Notes: generated by a model not told the origin, from the sequence alone. Positions 8,969 to 18,608 are shown, numbered from the stretch's first letter. The stretch is 64,000 nt of DNA from Candidatus Peregrinibacteria bacterium CG_4_10_14_0_2_um_filter_38_24 (GCA_002792535.1 PFOM01000036.1:11936-75935); one strand, 5' to 3'. A program made the numbers and translations.

Positions 8969-11209
8969 CTATCTTTCCTCCTCACTCATAATTCTCCTAG
9001 GTTTCGCACCATCAGCAGGTCCAACCACTCCATTTTCCTCGAGCAAATCCAAAAGCCTTGCCGCTCTTGCGTATCCAACCTTCAGCCTTCTTTGTAGCAA
9101 CGATGCAGAAGCTTTTCTACTCTCCATTACAACAGTATAGGCCTGTCCGTACAAACTATCATCAGCATTGTCAGAATCAGGCACACCCAAAACCTTTTGT
9201 TTTGAAGTTTCATTTGAAGTAATTTCATTATCATATTCAGGCGCAACGGTAAGTTTTACTCTATTTGATACCCTCTCAATTTCCTCCGTAGAAACATAAA
9301 TTCCCTGAACACGAAGCGGTTTATTTCGTCCAACCGGAAGGTAAAGCATATCTCCTTTTCCAACCAAATCCTCCGCCCCCATGCAATCCAAAATAATTCT
9401 TGAATCAATAGAATTTGAAACCGCAAACGCAATTCTCGCAGGAATATTTGCCTTAATAAGTCCGGTAATTACATCAACTCTCGGACTCTGTGTAGCAATG
9501 ATCAAATGAATTCCAACAGCTCTGGCCATCTGCGCAATACGGCATATAGAAGCCTCAACTTCCTTTCCCGCCGCCAACATCAAATCGGCCAACTCATCAA
9601 TAACAACAACAATTCTCGACATTTTTCTAACCCCATCCACTTCATTAAATTCAGCAATATTTCTCACTCTTTTTGTAGAAAGTTCTCTATATCTCCTCAT
9701 CATTTCACCAACAACCCACCTCAAAGAAATCGCCGCCTTTTCAGGATCTTGAATCACAGGAGTCAACAAATGCGGAATATTATTATAAGAAGAAAGCTCA
9801 ACTCTCTTCGGATCAATCAAAATTAATCTCAAATCTTCAGGCGAATTTTGATAGAGCAATGACACCAAAAACGTGTTCATACAAACAGATTTTCCACTTC
9901 CAGTCGTTCCGGCAATAAGCAAATGCGGCATAGCATCAAGACTCGCAACAATAGGTTTTCCTGAAACATCACGCCCGAGAGGAAGAGTAAGTTTTGAAGG
10001 CGAAGCCCCAAACTCAGGACTTTCAAGAATTTCACGAAGATAGACAATCGCTCTATAAGAATTCGGAACCTCAATTCCCACCAATGATTTCCCGGGAATC
10101 GGCGCCTCAATACGAACCTTCTCCGCGGCCAAAGCAAGCGCAATATCATTTTTCAAAGACGTAATTTTAGAAAGCTTCACAGCCTCATTTGGTTTCAAAG
10201 TATACTGAACAACCGTCGGCCCAACATTAACTTCATGCATCGCAACTTCAATTCCAAACTGCGAAAGTTTTTTTCTGATTTTCTCCGCACTTTCTTTCAA
10301 AAATTTCTCATCCACTACCACATTACTATCTCCATTCAGCAATAAATCGAGCGACGGAAATTCCCATTCAATTTCTTCACGCTCCGTTTTTACGGCTTTA
10401 TCAAGCGCCGCCGCCGTCGCATCACCCCTATTTATCGCAACCGACTCAACTTTTTCATCATCATCATCCTCCATTAAACCATCACCGCCATTGCGCGCAT
10501 TCTCTTTCCCGTCTTCATCCTCCTCTTCACGTCTCAAAGCACTTATCTTCGATTTATGTATGAAAATTTCAGGCTCAGCAACCTCCTCATCATCATAATC
10601 CTCATCTCCATCAAAAATCCCACGCTTTTTAGTTTTCCCACGCGAACGAGAAGTTTCAATTTTTATTTGTGGAATAGCAAAACGCACAAGTTCAATAATT
10701 GAAAGCTCAAAAACCAGCATCAGTGAGACCACAAACCCGGTAATAAAAATAATAGTCGCCCCAATCCTTCCAACATTCAAAACCTGCAAAAACAAAAAAT
10801 TCGTCACAAAACCAATATATCCTCCATAGCTTCCAACAGAAGCATAATCATAAATATGTTCCGTCGGAACAGAAAGATGAATCAAACTAAGCCCAAAAGT
10901 CATAAACAGAATAATTCCAAAAACTCTCGAAGCCCCAAATTCAATATCTTTCGACAAAAACATCATCGCCGAAACAAGAATAAACAGCACAGGAATAATA
11001 TAAATCCCCCATCCAAGAATCGGACTCAAAAATCCAACCCAAATATCCCCCACAGGCCCAAAAGACCCCTTAATACTCAAAATAGTAAGAACTCCGGTCG
11101 ACAACAAAATCGTCGACCAAATCTCTCTGGCAATTAATGGATCGACCTTTATATTTACAGTAGCGCGTTTCCTGCGCACCGTCCTTCTAAGCCTTCGTCG
11201 TCTTGCCAT
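8969..11209 (-). CDS. ftsK: DNA translocase FtsK/SpoIIIE
   Basis: N-terminal TM helices and an acidic linker. Motor domain with Walker A GTTGSGKS and Walker B VVVIDELADL. C-terminal winged-helix gamma domain (LLQRRLKVGYARAARLLDLLEENGVV). Confidence 0.93.
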   Translation of the reverse strand: MARRRRLRRTVRRKRATVNIKVDPLIAREIWSTILLSTGVLTILSIKGSFGPVGDIWVGFLSPILGWGIYIIPVLFILVSAMMFLSKDIEFGASRVFGIILFMTFGLSLIHLSVPTEHIYDYASVGSYGGYIGFVTNFLFLQVLNVGRIGATIIFITGFVVSLMLVFELSIIELVRFAIPQIKIETSRSRGKTKKRGIFDGDEDYDDEEVAEPEIFIHKSKISALRREEEDEDGKENARNGGDGLMEDDDDEKVESVAINRGDATAAALDKAVKTEREEIEWEFPSLDLLLNGDSNVVVDEKFLKESAEKIRKKLSQFGIEVAMHEVNVGPTVVQYTLKPNEAVKLSKITSLKNDIALALAAEKVRIEAPIPGKSLVGIEVPNSYRAIVYLREILESPEFGASPSKLTLPLGRDVSGKPIVASLDAMPHLLIAGTTGSGKSVCMNTFLVSLLYQNSPEDLRLILIDPKRVELSSYNNIPHLLTPVIQDPEKAAISLRWVVGEMMRRYRELSTKRVRNIAEFNEVDGVRKMSRIVVVIDELADLMLAAGKEVEASICRIAQMARAVGIHLIIATQSPRVDVITGLIKANIPARIAFAVSNSIDSRIILDCMGAEDLVGKGDMLYLPVGRNKPLRVQGIYVSTEEIERVSNRVKLTVAPEYDNEITSNETSKQKVLGVPDSDNADDSLYGQAYTVVMESRKASASLLQRRLKVGYARAARLLDLLEENGVVGPADGAKPRRIMSEEER

Positions 11210-11337
11210 ATGAAAGTTTAACTTTAATAAAAAACACTCATTTCAAGCCCCTTTATTCTACACGACACAGCCCCTTTTTTCCAGAGGAAAAACCATGTAT
11301 AATCCAATCGGAATTTACTTAAATTACACAATAAAAC

Positions 11338-12915
11338 ATGGTCCGCACACGTTTCGCGCCATCACCGACAGGATACTTGCACGTTGGAGGGCTTCGCACA
11401 GCGCTTTACTGCTACTTGTTTGCAAAGAAAAATAAAGGCAATTTTTTGCTAAGGATTGAAGACACAGACCAAGAAAGATTCGTCGAAGGTGCAGTCGAAA
11501 ATTTGATAAAAACACTTTCGTGGATCAGACTTGATCACGATGAAGGGCCATTACTCGATGGCTCAGAAAAGGGAGAATTCGGCCCATATACTCAATCCAA
11601 AAGAACAGAAATTTACAAGAAACATGCAGACGAACTTATCGAAAAAGGTCATGCATACAGATGCTTTTGCACAAAAGAACGTCTCGAAGAAATGCATAAT
11701 GCACAAGAAAAAAACAAGCTTCCACCGATGTATGACAGAACATGCGCAAAACTTCCACAATCGAAAATCGAAGAAAAACTCGCATCAAACACTCCTTTTG
11801 TCATAAGACAAAAAATGCCTTATGAACTAATAAAATTCAAAGATCTTGTTCGCGGAAACGTACAATTCGACGGAAAAATAATCGACGACCAAGTCCTAAT
11901 AAAATCAGACGGCTTCCCGACATATCACCTCGCAAATGTAGTCGATGATCATTCCATGCAAATCACACACGTCATAAGAGGAGAAGAATGGCTTCCCTCA
12001 ACGCCAAAACATATCGCACTATACAAAGCATTCGGATGGGAACATCCCGAATTTGCACACCTTCCTCTTCTGTTAAACTCGGACAAAAGCAAACTTTCAA
12101 AGCGCCAAGGTGACGTTTCTGTCGAAAGCTACATCGAAAAAGGATATTTAAAAGAAGCGATAATAAATTTTGCAGCATTTTTAGGCTGGAATCCGGGAAG
12201 CGGAGAAGAAAAAGAAATTTTCACTTTGGAAGAACTCGAAGAAGTTTTTTCAATCGAACATATCCACAAAGCCGGCGCAATTTTTAATATAGAAAAACTA
12301 GACTGGTTCAACTGGAGATGGCAAAAAGAAATTTTCAATAAAAAGATTTTTCCTCTCGCAAAAGAAATAGACGAAAAAGTTGAAATCGATTTATCTCGCA
12401 AGGACCAGCCAAAATTTGCATTCACTTCTTCAGACAAAGAAGAAAAATTCATTGAAGAAAAAGGAAAAATATTGCTCGAAATATGTAAAAAATATTTAGA
12501 CAAAAAATATTTGTCAGACAAAAATATTTCAAAAATGCTTGTAACTGTTGAAGAAAAAATTCTACGCGACGCAAAAGAAGTTTCATCACAAATAGATTTT
12601 TATTTTACGCTACCAAACTATTCAAAGGAATTATTGACGAATGAAAAAATGGGAGTAGACTTTTCTTGGGCAAAGAAATCGATTGAAGAAGCACAAAAAA
12701 ATCTCGAAAAATTAGACAACTGGAATATTCCTGAAATAAAAGATGTTCTTACAAAAATAGTTGAAAGATTAGAATGCAAAAACGGACAGGTTTTTTGGCC
12801 TCTACGTGCCGCGTTAAGCGGACTTGACTTCTCTCCTGGAGTATTCGAAATAATGTATACACTCGGGAAAGAAAAATCATTACAAAGAATAAAAAAAGCA
12901 TTAGAAAAACTATAA
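11338..12915 (+). CDS. gltX: Glutamyl-tRNA synthetase
   Basis: Class I aaRS motifs RFAPSPTGYLHVGG (HIGH-type) and KLSKRQG (KMSKS-type), plus THVIRGEEW. Confidence 0.95.
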   Translation: MVRTRFAPSPTGYLHVGGLRTALYCYLFAKKNKGNFLLRIEDTDQERFVEGAVENLIKTLSWIRLDHDEGPLLDGSEKGEFGPYTQSKRTEIYKKHADELIEKGHAYRCFCTKERLEEMHNAQEKNKLPPMYDRTCAKLPQSKIEEKLASNTPFVIRQKMPYELIKFKDLVRGNVQFDGKIIDDQVLIKSDGFPTYHLANVVDDHSMQITHVIRGEEWLPSTPKHIALYKAFGWEHPEFAHLPLLLNSDKSKLSKRQGDVSVESYIEKGYLKEAIINFAAFLGWNPGSGEEKEIFTLEELEEVFSIEHIHKAGAIFNIEKLDWFNWRWQKEIFNKKIFPLAKEIDEKVEIDLSRKDQPKFAFTSSDKEEKFIEEKGKILLEICKKYLDKKYLSDKNISKMLVTVEEKILRDAKEVSSQIDFYFTLPNYSKELLTNEKMGVDFSWAKKSIEEAQKNLEKLDNWNIPEIKDVLTKIVERLECKNGQVFWPLRAALSGLDFSPGVFEIMYTLGKEKSLQRIKKALEKL

Positions 12916-12917
12916 AA

Positions 12918-13223
12918 ATGAACACAAACGAAATAAAATCTACCGTAAAACAACTCACAGAAACCTGTGAATGTTTGAGCTGTAAGACAAAATACAAAGA
13001 AAATAAAATTAACGTAATCGCAACAACAAAAAAAGAAGGACTCTTCGAAATGCACTGTGACAAATGCCATTCAACATCTTTAGTCACCGTAATGATCAAC
13101 AAAATAACACAGCTGGAAGGGCAGAGACAACACTCTAAAATAGAAAGTATTTCAAAAAATGATGTCCTTGATATGAAAAATTTCCTACAAAACTTTGATG
13201 GAAACTTCAAAAAAATCCTTTGA
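12918..13223 (+). CDS. Small putative zinc-ribbon protein, hypothetical
   Basis: Starts 2 nt after the gltX stop. Has two Cys pairs (CECLSC and CDKCH). No family recognised. Confidence 0.4.
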   Translation: MNTNEIKSTVKQLTETCECLSCKTKYKENKINVIATTKKEGLFEMHCDKCHSTSLVTVMINKITQLEGQRQHSKIESISKNDVLDMKNFLQNFDGNFKKIL

Positions 13224-13920
13224 TACTACAGGTTTTCTCAAATGCCAGTTTCACACACACGCAGAAGGAGATTTATTGGACCATATTTCTCATACACCGA
13301 AAGAACTCATAGATAAAGCCAAAAAACTAAGGTATGACGTTCTCTCAATCACCTCTCATAGAACAGTAATTTTCACAAAAGAGTTAGAATCATATGCAAA
13401 GAAAAAAGGAATTTTATTAATTCCGGGAATAGAATTTGAAATAAATGGCAAACATATTTTAGGAATAAATATCGACAAAAAAATCAAAAAAATAAAAACA
13501 TTTGAAAACCTAAAAAAATACAAATCTACACATAAAAATTGTTTAATAATTGCTCCACATCCATTTTTCCCCGGCAAAGTAACACTCAAAAAAAACCTTC
13601 AGTCCAACATCGAACTCTTTGATGCAATCGAATATTCTTTTTGCTATACCTCTACAAAAAATTACAACAAAAAAGCGGAATCAATGGCTAAAAAACATAA
13701 ATTACCAATGATTGCCACAGCAGATTGTCACGATTTAGAAAATCTAGATATTTCGTATAGCCTTATTAAAAGCCAAAAAACAACAAACCAAATAATTGAA
13801 AAAATAAAAAAATCTTCTTTTTCAAACAAAAAAATAAAACTCATATCGCAACCGATATCATATTTTAAAATTGCAAAATTAATTGCAAAACAAGAAATAA
13901 AAAATTTCTTTAAAAAATAA
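13195..13920 (+). CDS. PHP-domain metal-dependent phosphoesterase
   Basis: N-terminal FHTHAEGD motif typical of PHP domains, with later His/Asp motifs (APHPF, TADCHD). Overlaps the upstream ORF by 29 nt. Confidence 0.7.
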   Translation: MMETSKKSFDTTGFLKCQFHTHAEGDLLDHISHTPKELIDKAKKLRYDVLSITSHRTVIFTKELESYAKKKGILLIPGIEFEINGKHILGINIDKKIKKIKTFENLKKYKSTHKNCLIIAPHPFFPGKVTLKKNLQSNIELFDAIEYSFCYTSTKNYNKKAESMAKKHKLPMIATADCHDLENLDISYSLIKSQKTTNQIIEKIKKSSFSNKKIKLISQPISYFKIAKLIAKQEIKNFFKK

Positions 13921-13958
13921 ATATCTGTTATAATAAAAGTTGAAATTACCTCAAACCT

Positions 13959-14504
13959 ATGGACGAAATAAACGTTTACAATATTCCTGCATTTCAAAGG
14001 AAAAGAAGTTTAGCCGCAAAAGGCAGAAAAAAAACTACTTTACCGAAAAAACGAAAAACCGCATCACGTTCAGTAAAAAAACCAACAACCCGTCGCAGTA
14101 AAATCTTAAGGCCTGTAGAAACAAACTACAACTCTCCATCTTTTATTGAACAAGATTTAATACCGGAAATTTACGAAAGAGAACCACTTCCTTCACAAGA
14201 ACTTTTTGAAGAATTCGAAGAAAAAACAATAAAAAAATCTTCTTCGGATTTCAGAGAATTAAAAATATGCGGAATTTGCGAAGGATATTTCGACAAAATC
14301 GATGTAGCGATTATCAAGGTTACAAGCCCAATTCGAAAAGGAGATCAACTTATTTTCGAAAAAGAAGGAGGCCTTTTCGAACAAGTAATCAATTCAATCC
14401 AAATCGACAGAAAAGATGTATCAATAGCAAAATCAGGAAGTGATATCGGAGTAAAAGTATTTATAGCTCCAAAAGTTGGAACCCATGTCTATAAAGAATT
14501 ATGA
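13959..14504 (+). CDS. Hypothetical protein: basic N-terminus with an FtsZ C-terminal-peptide-like motif, plus a C-terminal EF-Tu-domain-2-like small beta-barrel
   Basis: N-terminus MDEINVYNIPAFQRKRSLAAKGRKK. The C-terminal ~85 aa (GYFDKIDVAIIKVTSPIRKGDQLIFEK...IQIDRKDVSIAKSGSDIGVKV) resemble the short proteins usually annotated as translation elongation factor-like. Confidence 0.55.
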   Translation: MDEINVYNIPAFQRKRSLAAKGRKKTTLPKKRKTASRSVKKPTTRRSKILRPVETNYNSPSFIEQDLIPEIYEREPLPSQELFEEFEEKTIKKSSSDFRELKICGICEGYFDKIDVAIIKVTSPIRKGDQLIFEKEGGLFEQVINSIQIDRKDVSIAKSGSDIGVKVFIAPKVGTHVYKEL

Positions 14505-15613
14505 AAATTCTTGTCATCAACGCAGGATCATCTTCTCTAAAATATAAACTTTTCGATTCGAAAAATTTTATAGTTTTAGCAAAAAATCTAATAGAAGTTA
14601 GCGATAAATCAAAAACGAAAACAATAGATTCAGCGCTTAAATTAGCAATGAAAGAGATTCTCGATTCAAAAAAAATATCCTCTTTAAACGAAATAGAAAA
14701 AATAGGACATAGGGTCGTACATGGAGGAGAAAAATATTCAAAAACTACAGAAATCGAAAAAAAACTGATAGCAGAAATTAAAAAATTATTCCCTCTCGCC
14801 CCTCTTCACAACTCCATAAATCTTGAGGGGATTTTGGCCTGCAAAAAACACCTACCACGCGCAAAAAATTATGCAGTTTTTGACACAAGTTTTTATTCTA
14901 CAATGCCGGAAAAAGCCTATCTATATGCCCTTCCACGCGAATTACACAAAAAATACAAAATAAGAAAATACGGATTTCACGGAACAAGTCACAAATTCGT
15001 AACGGAAAAAGCATTACAGATTTTAAAGAATAAAAAAGCAAAAATAATTTCATGCCATCTTGGCAACGGTGTATCTATAACCGCATCAGTAGGAGGAAAA
15101 GCAGTCGACACAACAATGGGGTTCACCCCGCTTGAAGGCATGATGATGGGCACACGATGCGGCTCAATCGATCCAGCAATCACATTCTACCTTTCAAAAA
15201 CGGCAAAACTTCCACTCGAAAAAATCGAAGAAATTTACTTGAAAAAATCAGGCCTTAAAGCAATTTCAGAAATAAGTTGGGACATGAGAGAGATCCACAA
15301 AAAAGCGCTAAAGAAAGACAAAAAAGCGCTATTCACAATTGAAATATTTTCATATCATCTCGCAAAACACATCGCAGAAATGTCCGCATCGACCCAAGGA
15401 ATCGACGCAATAATCTTCACGGCGGGAATCGGCGAAAACGCACACTACGTAAGAGAACAAACAATCAATTATCTCTCGCATTTCGGCATCTCTCTCGACA
15501 AAAAAGCAAACCGACTATCCAAAGAAGTAATCTCATCAAAAACCAGCAAATCCAAAGTCCTAGTCATAAAAACCGACGAAGAACTCCAGATTGCAAAAGA
15601 AATCTCTAATTAG
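14501..15613 (+). CDS. ackA: Acetate kinase
   Basis: MKILVINAGSSSLKYKLFD, GHRVVHGG, LAPLHN, YGFHGTSH, DTTMGFTPLEG, FTAGIGEN. ATGA overlap with the upstream gene. Confidence 0.93.
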   Translation: MKILVINAGSSSLKYKLFDSKNFIVLAKNLIEVSDKSKTKTIDSALKLAMKEILDSKKISSLNEIEKIGHRVVHGGEKYSKTTEIEKKLIAEIKKLFPLAPLHNSINLEGILACKKHLPRAKNYAVFDTSFYSTMPEKAYLYALPRELHKKYKIRKYGFHGTSHKFVTEKALQILKNKKAKIISCHLGNGVSITASVGGKAVDTTMGFTPLEGMMMGTRCGSIDPAITFYLSKTAKLPLEKIEEIYLKKSGLKAISEISWDMREIHKKALKKDKKALFTIEIFSYHLAKHIAEMSASTQGIDAIIFTAGIGENAHYVREQTINYLSHFGISLDKKANRLSKEVISSKTSKSKVLVIKTDEELQIAKEISN

Positions 15614-17616
15614 TAATTCAATTCATAGATCTTGTCCTTCGTCAAAATCAACATTTTCTTCGAATCCGGATCTACACTCAAATCACGAATCTCCCCGATA
15701 TTTGGGAACAAATACTGCATAGTGTAAACAAGATTTCCTGTTTTAGCATCTTTCTGGTAAAACAAAATTCTACCCTGAGCATCCACCACAAACACATAAT
15801 CAAGTTTATCATTCGTATATATAATTGAAGGATCCTTCAGAGCATTAAACGGAGGATTATTTATATAAAAATCAACCTTAGTTCCTCCATAATATTTATT
15901 TATATCTCCGTTATTCATCAAAACGTAAAGATTTGCATCAATCGCAAAGCTCTTTGCTCCGGCCAAATCAACCTTTTCTTTTGCAAAATACGCCTCAGCG
16001 TTTCCAAACCCACCTGTCGTAGCTTTATATGCATATTTCCAAATCTCACTGTTCTCAGTATCCAGCAAATAAACCTTATTTCCCCAGTCAACAACATAAC
16101 TTCCCTTATGAAAAGTTGTATCAACAGTGTCCATAAAATTCATCGTACCATTATTGTATTGAATCATTTTGCCATTTTTCGTCAAAAACACGACCGCATT
16201 CCTATCAGAAAAACCTGTCGCGGCGATCACAGTTTCATCTTTATCAATAGTCAAAGGATCCTGAACCTGATCAAGAACAAGCTCGTAAAGAGCATTATAT
16301 TCATAAACAAAAATCCTTCCTTTCATATCCACAAAACCAAGCGCATTCACATCGCTTCTCTTTTTAGTAAGATCAGCCACAACCTTTGGAGTTTCCACTC
16401 TCTGTACGCTATCAAGTTTATCCCTCGTCTCATCTATTTGAACCAAAAACAATTTCGCTTTATCTCTATAATATCCGGAATTCAATACACTCATAGCATC
16501 AACATATGCCTTATCCAAGACCTCTTTCGCTGCCACCTTATCGTAAGACCCCTTCGTGTCAGCTTCTGTTATTTTTGACTGAACACCGTTCAAAACCTCA
16601 TCAAGCTGAGCCAATTGCTCCCTCTGCGAACTATTTACTCCATAAACCCAGATTCCAGCCCCAAGCACTATGATAAGCACCACCAAAAGAGCCAAAATCT
16701 TGTCCTTCCCAAACCCTTTGGAAAAAAGTCCGGAAACAAATCTTGAAAAGAAATCTTTAATTTTTTCAAAAAATCCAATACCGGAAAGTTTGCTTCCCCC
16801 TTTCGATTTATATCCTTTAAATGCAGTCAAGAATTTTCCCGTCAAAGTCTCTTTCTGCGCAGAAACATGCCCTCTTGAAGATTCAAGCACTCCCTTCTCA
16901 GAAAACTCAATATCGTCAAGAAAATCTTCCACTTCAGCTTCCATAGCCTTTGAAAATAAAATTCCGGTAAGCCCAACTCGTCCCAAAATCTCGGTAGACA
17001 TCGTATCTTTAATCTCATTCAAAGAATTCATAATATCATTCCCGCTCGTAGCCTTTGCCAAATCCGTTTTGCTAATATAACGCAAAAGCCTTGTAGAAGA
17101 GAACAAAACCGTGTCTCCAACATCTATTTTCCCGGTAGCAATACTTCCAAACACATCTCCATTGCTCAAATCATCACTCAGCCCTTCACTCACAACACTA
17201 ATAAATCTCTTCCTTATAAGGTAAGCCTCACTGTCTCCAGCTTGAGTCAAATATAATGTATCCCCGACTATCGCCCCGATAATCACATTCAAATTTCCGA
17301 TATATCCTGAAACTTTTTGCGCCTTAAATTCATTTAAAACTCCATTTACAGACTTAAGCCCAGCCTCAAACCTCTCGTATGGATCCTTCCCTACATCCTC
17401 AAAAAACACTTTCTGCATCGTCTCAAAAAGCACCTGTCCAATCTCCTCCGCATCCACTGGATTATTTTGAATCTCTAGATTTATAAATATTTGTCCGCTC
17501 TTGTCTCCAAAATCTTGAAAAAGATCATAATAATAATTTTCTAAAAAACTATTGTCATCCTTTCCAAAAAACAGAAACTCATATCCCGCTTTGATTGCCA
17601 TAACCTTATGTTTCAA
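15610..17616 (-). CDS. Membrane protein with a cytoplasmic PP2C-like (possibly inactive) domain and a large extracytoplasmic beta-rich domain
   Basis: PP2C-type motif LYLTQAGDSEAYLIRKR and GDTVLFSSTRLL in the N-terminal ~230 aa. Single TM helix ILALLVVLIIVLGAGIWVYGV. The C-terminal ~330 aa are rich in aromatic/Gly/Asn beta-strand-like segments. Confidence 0.6.
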   Translation of the reverse strand: MKHKVMAIKAGYEFLFFGKDDNSFLENYYYDLFQDFGDKSGQIFINLEIQNNPVDAEEIGQVLFETMQKVFFEDVGKDPYERFEAGLKSVNGVLNEFKAQKVSGYIGNLNVIIGAIVGDTLYLTQAGDSEAYLIRKRFISVVSEGLSDDLSNGDVFGSIATGKIDVGDTVLFSSTRLLRYISKTDLAKATSGNDIMNSLNEIKDTMSTEILGRVGLTGILFSKAMEAEVEDFLDDIEFSEKGVLESSRGHVSAQKETLTGKFLTAFKGYKSKGGSKLSGIGFFEKIKDFFSRFVSGLFSKGFGKDKILALLVVLIIVLGAGIWVYGVNSSQREQLAQLDEVLNGVQSKITEADTKGSYDKVAAKEVLDKAYVDAMSVLNSGYYRDKAKLFLVQIDETRDKLDSVQRVETPKVVADLTKKRSDVNALGFVDMKGRIFVYEYNALYELVLDQVQDPLTIDKDETVIAATGFSDRNAVVFLTKNGKMIQYNNGTMNFMDTVDTTFHKGSYVVDWGNKVYLLDTENSEIWKYAYKATTGGFGNAEAYFAKEKVDLAGAKSFAIDANLYVLMNNGDINKYYGGTKVDFYINNPPFNALKDPSIIYTNDKLDYVFVVDAQGRILFYQKDAKTGNLVYTMQYLFPNIGEIRDLSVDPDSKKMLILTKDKIYELNY

Positions 17617-17707
17617 AATTTAAATTAGAGCTTATCTTACTACACAAATATACTTTAGTAAACATATTCTTTGCAAGAAAAAGTTTAACCGATATACTCT
17701 CGCCATT

Positions 17708-18043
17708 ATGGAAAATTTTATAGTTACATTCAGGGAAACGCTTGAAGCCGCACTTATCGTAAGTATTATTCTTGGATACTTGTCAAAAGTAAACCAGCCA
17801 AAATACAAAAAGATTGTATATTATGGAGTACTTGCGGGAATAATTTGTAGCATAATCGGCGCATTTATTTTCATAAAACTACAAGGAAACTTCACTGGAG
17901 AAGGAATCGAAACAGTAATTTTCTTAGGAGCATTCAACGCAACCACAATTCTACTCTCAGTTTTCGTTATACAAATGATTTTTCATGAAGTTGAAGAATT
18001 GACTGAAAGTGAAAAAACAACAGAACTACTCCAAAATTCTTAA
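17708..18043 (+). CDS. FTR1/EfeU-like iron permease fragment (N-terminal ~110 aa only)
   Basis: TM1 carries a REXXE-type motif (FRETLEAALIV) like FTR1-family permeases, followed by two more hydrophobic helices. Full-length family members are about 2.5 times longer as I recall. Confidence 0.45.
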   Translation: MENFIVTFRETLEAALIVSIILGYLSKVNQPKYKKIVYYGVLAGIICSIIGAFIFIKLQGNFTGEGIETVIFLGAFNATTILLSVFVIQMIFHEVEELTESEKTTELLQNS

Positions 18044-18073
18044 AAAACAGAACCTGCGTCACAAGATTTTCTG

Positions 18074-18102
18074 TTGCAAGATTAGATTTTCCTCTGTAAA
18101 AT
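18074..18102 (+). promoter_or_regulatory. Candidate sigma70-type promoter for rpmH-rnpA-yidC-khpB (TTGCAA-N17-TAAAAT)
   Basis: Hexamers read at 18074-18079 and 18097-18102, 45 nt upstream of the rpmH ATG. Confidence 0.35.
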
Positions 18103-18147
18103 CACCACGCAAAGGACTAAAATACATTATAGAACTAATTAAATACC

Positions 18148-18279
18148 ATGTTAGGAAAACTAAAGAAAAGAATCAGACTAAAAACTCACGGCTTCAGAAA
18201 AAGAAGCGCAGTTGTGCTCAACAGAAGGAGATCAAGAGGCAGAAAGAGCCTTACTGTTAAGATCCACTCTAAAGGATGA
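18148..18279 (+). CDS. rpmH: 50S ribosomal protein L34
   Basis: Hand-translated 43-codon ORF, below the ORF-track cutoff: MLGKLKKRIRLKTHGFRKRSAVVLNRRRSRGRKSLTVKIHSKG. It carries the L34 signature (THGFR...VL.RRR.RGRK.LTV). Its TGA overlaps the rnpA ATG, and it sits in the conserved position upstream of rnpA. Confidence 0.9.
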   Translation: MLGKLKKRIRLKTHGFRKRSAVVLNRRRSRGRKSLTVKIHSKG

Positions 18280-18608
18280 TCGCAAAAAAATTTAAGATCC
18301 CCAAAAAACACATAGCACTCATTTTGCAAAAAGGTGAGTCTTTTGATTCGAAACTTTTTGTGATAAGATTCTGGGAGAATAAAGTCAGTTTCCCAAGATT
18401 TAGGATAATAGTAAGCACAAAATTCGCAAAAAAAGCGGTAGACAGAAACAAAACACGAAGACGCATTTACGAAGCACTTAGGCTCATAGTAAAAGAAAAC
18501 TCAAATTTGCGCCCGCTAGACATAATACTAATTCCAAAAAAACAAATTCTAACTAAAGAATTCAAGGAAATCTCTCAAATAGCGGAAGAAACTATAACAA
18601 AGCTTTAA
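18276..18608 (+). CDS. rnpA: Ribonuclease P protein component
   Basis: A 110-aa basic protein with the RNR-type motif KAVDRNKTRRRIYEALR. Conserved rpmH-rnpA-yidC order. Confidence 0.88.
   Translation: MIAKKFKIPKKHIALILQKGESFDSKLFVIRFWENKVSFPRFRIIVSTKFAKKAVDRNKTRRRIYEALRLIVKENSNLRPLDIILIPKKQILTKEFKEISQIAEETITKL

Noticed and set aside
12618-13210. Two ~150-aa minus-strand ORFs across the gltX 3' end and the zinc-ribbon ORF
   Set aside because: They are Phe/Ser/Cys-rich shadows of A-rich plus-strand coding sequence, and they conflict with gltX.
17617-18147. Replication origin next to the rpmH-rnpA-yidC-jag cluster
   Set aside because: No dnaA gene is adjacent and I found no cluster of TTATCCACA-like DnaA boxes in the flanking intergenic regions. 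Only isolated 8/9 matches occur, and those lie inside coding sequences elsewhere.
18009-18260. 83-aa ORF from the ORF track upstream of rnpA
   Set aside because: It is out of frame with, and overlaps, the 43-codon ORF at 18148-18279 that carries the clear L34 (rpmH) signature. Its own translation is low-complexity basic sequence.
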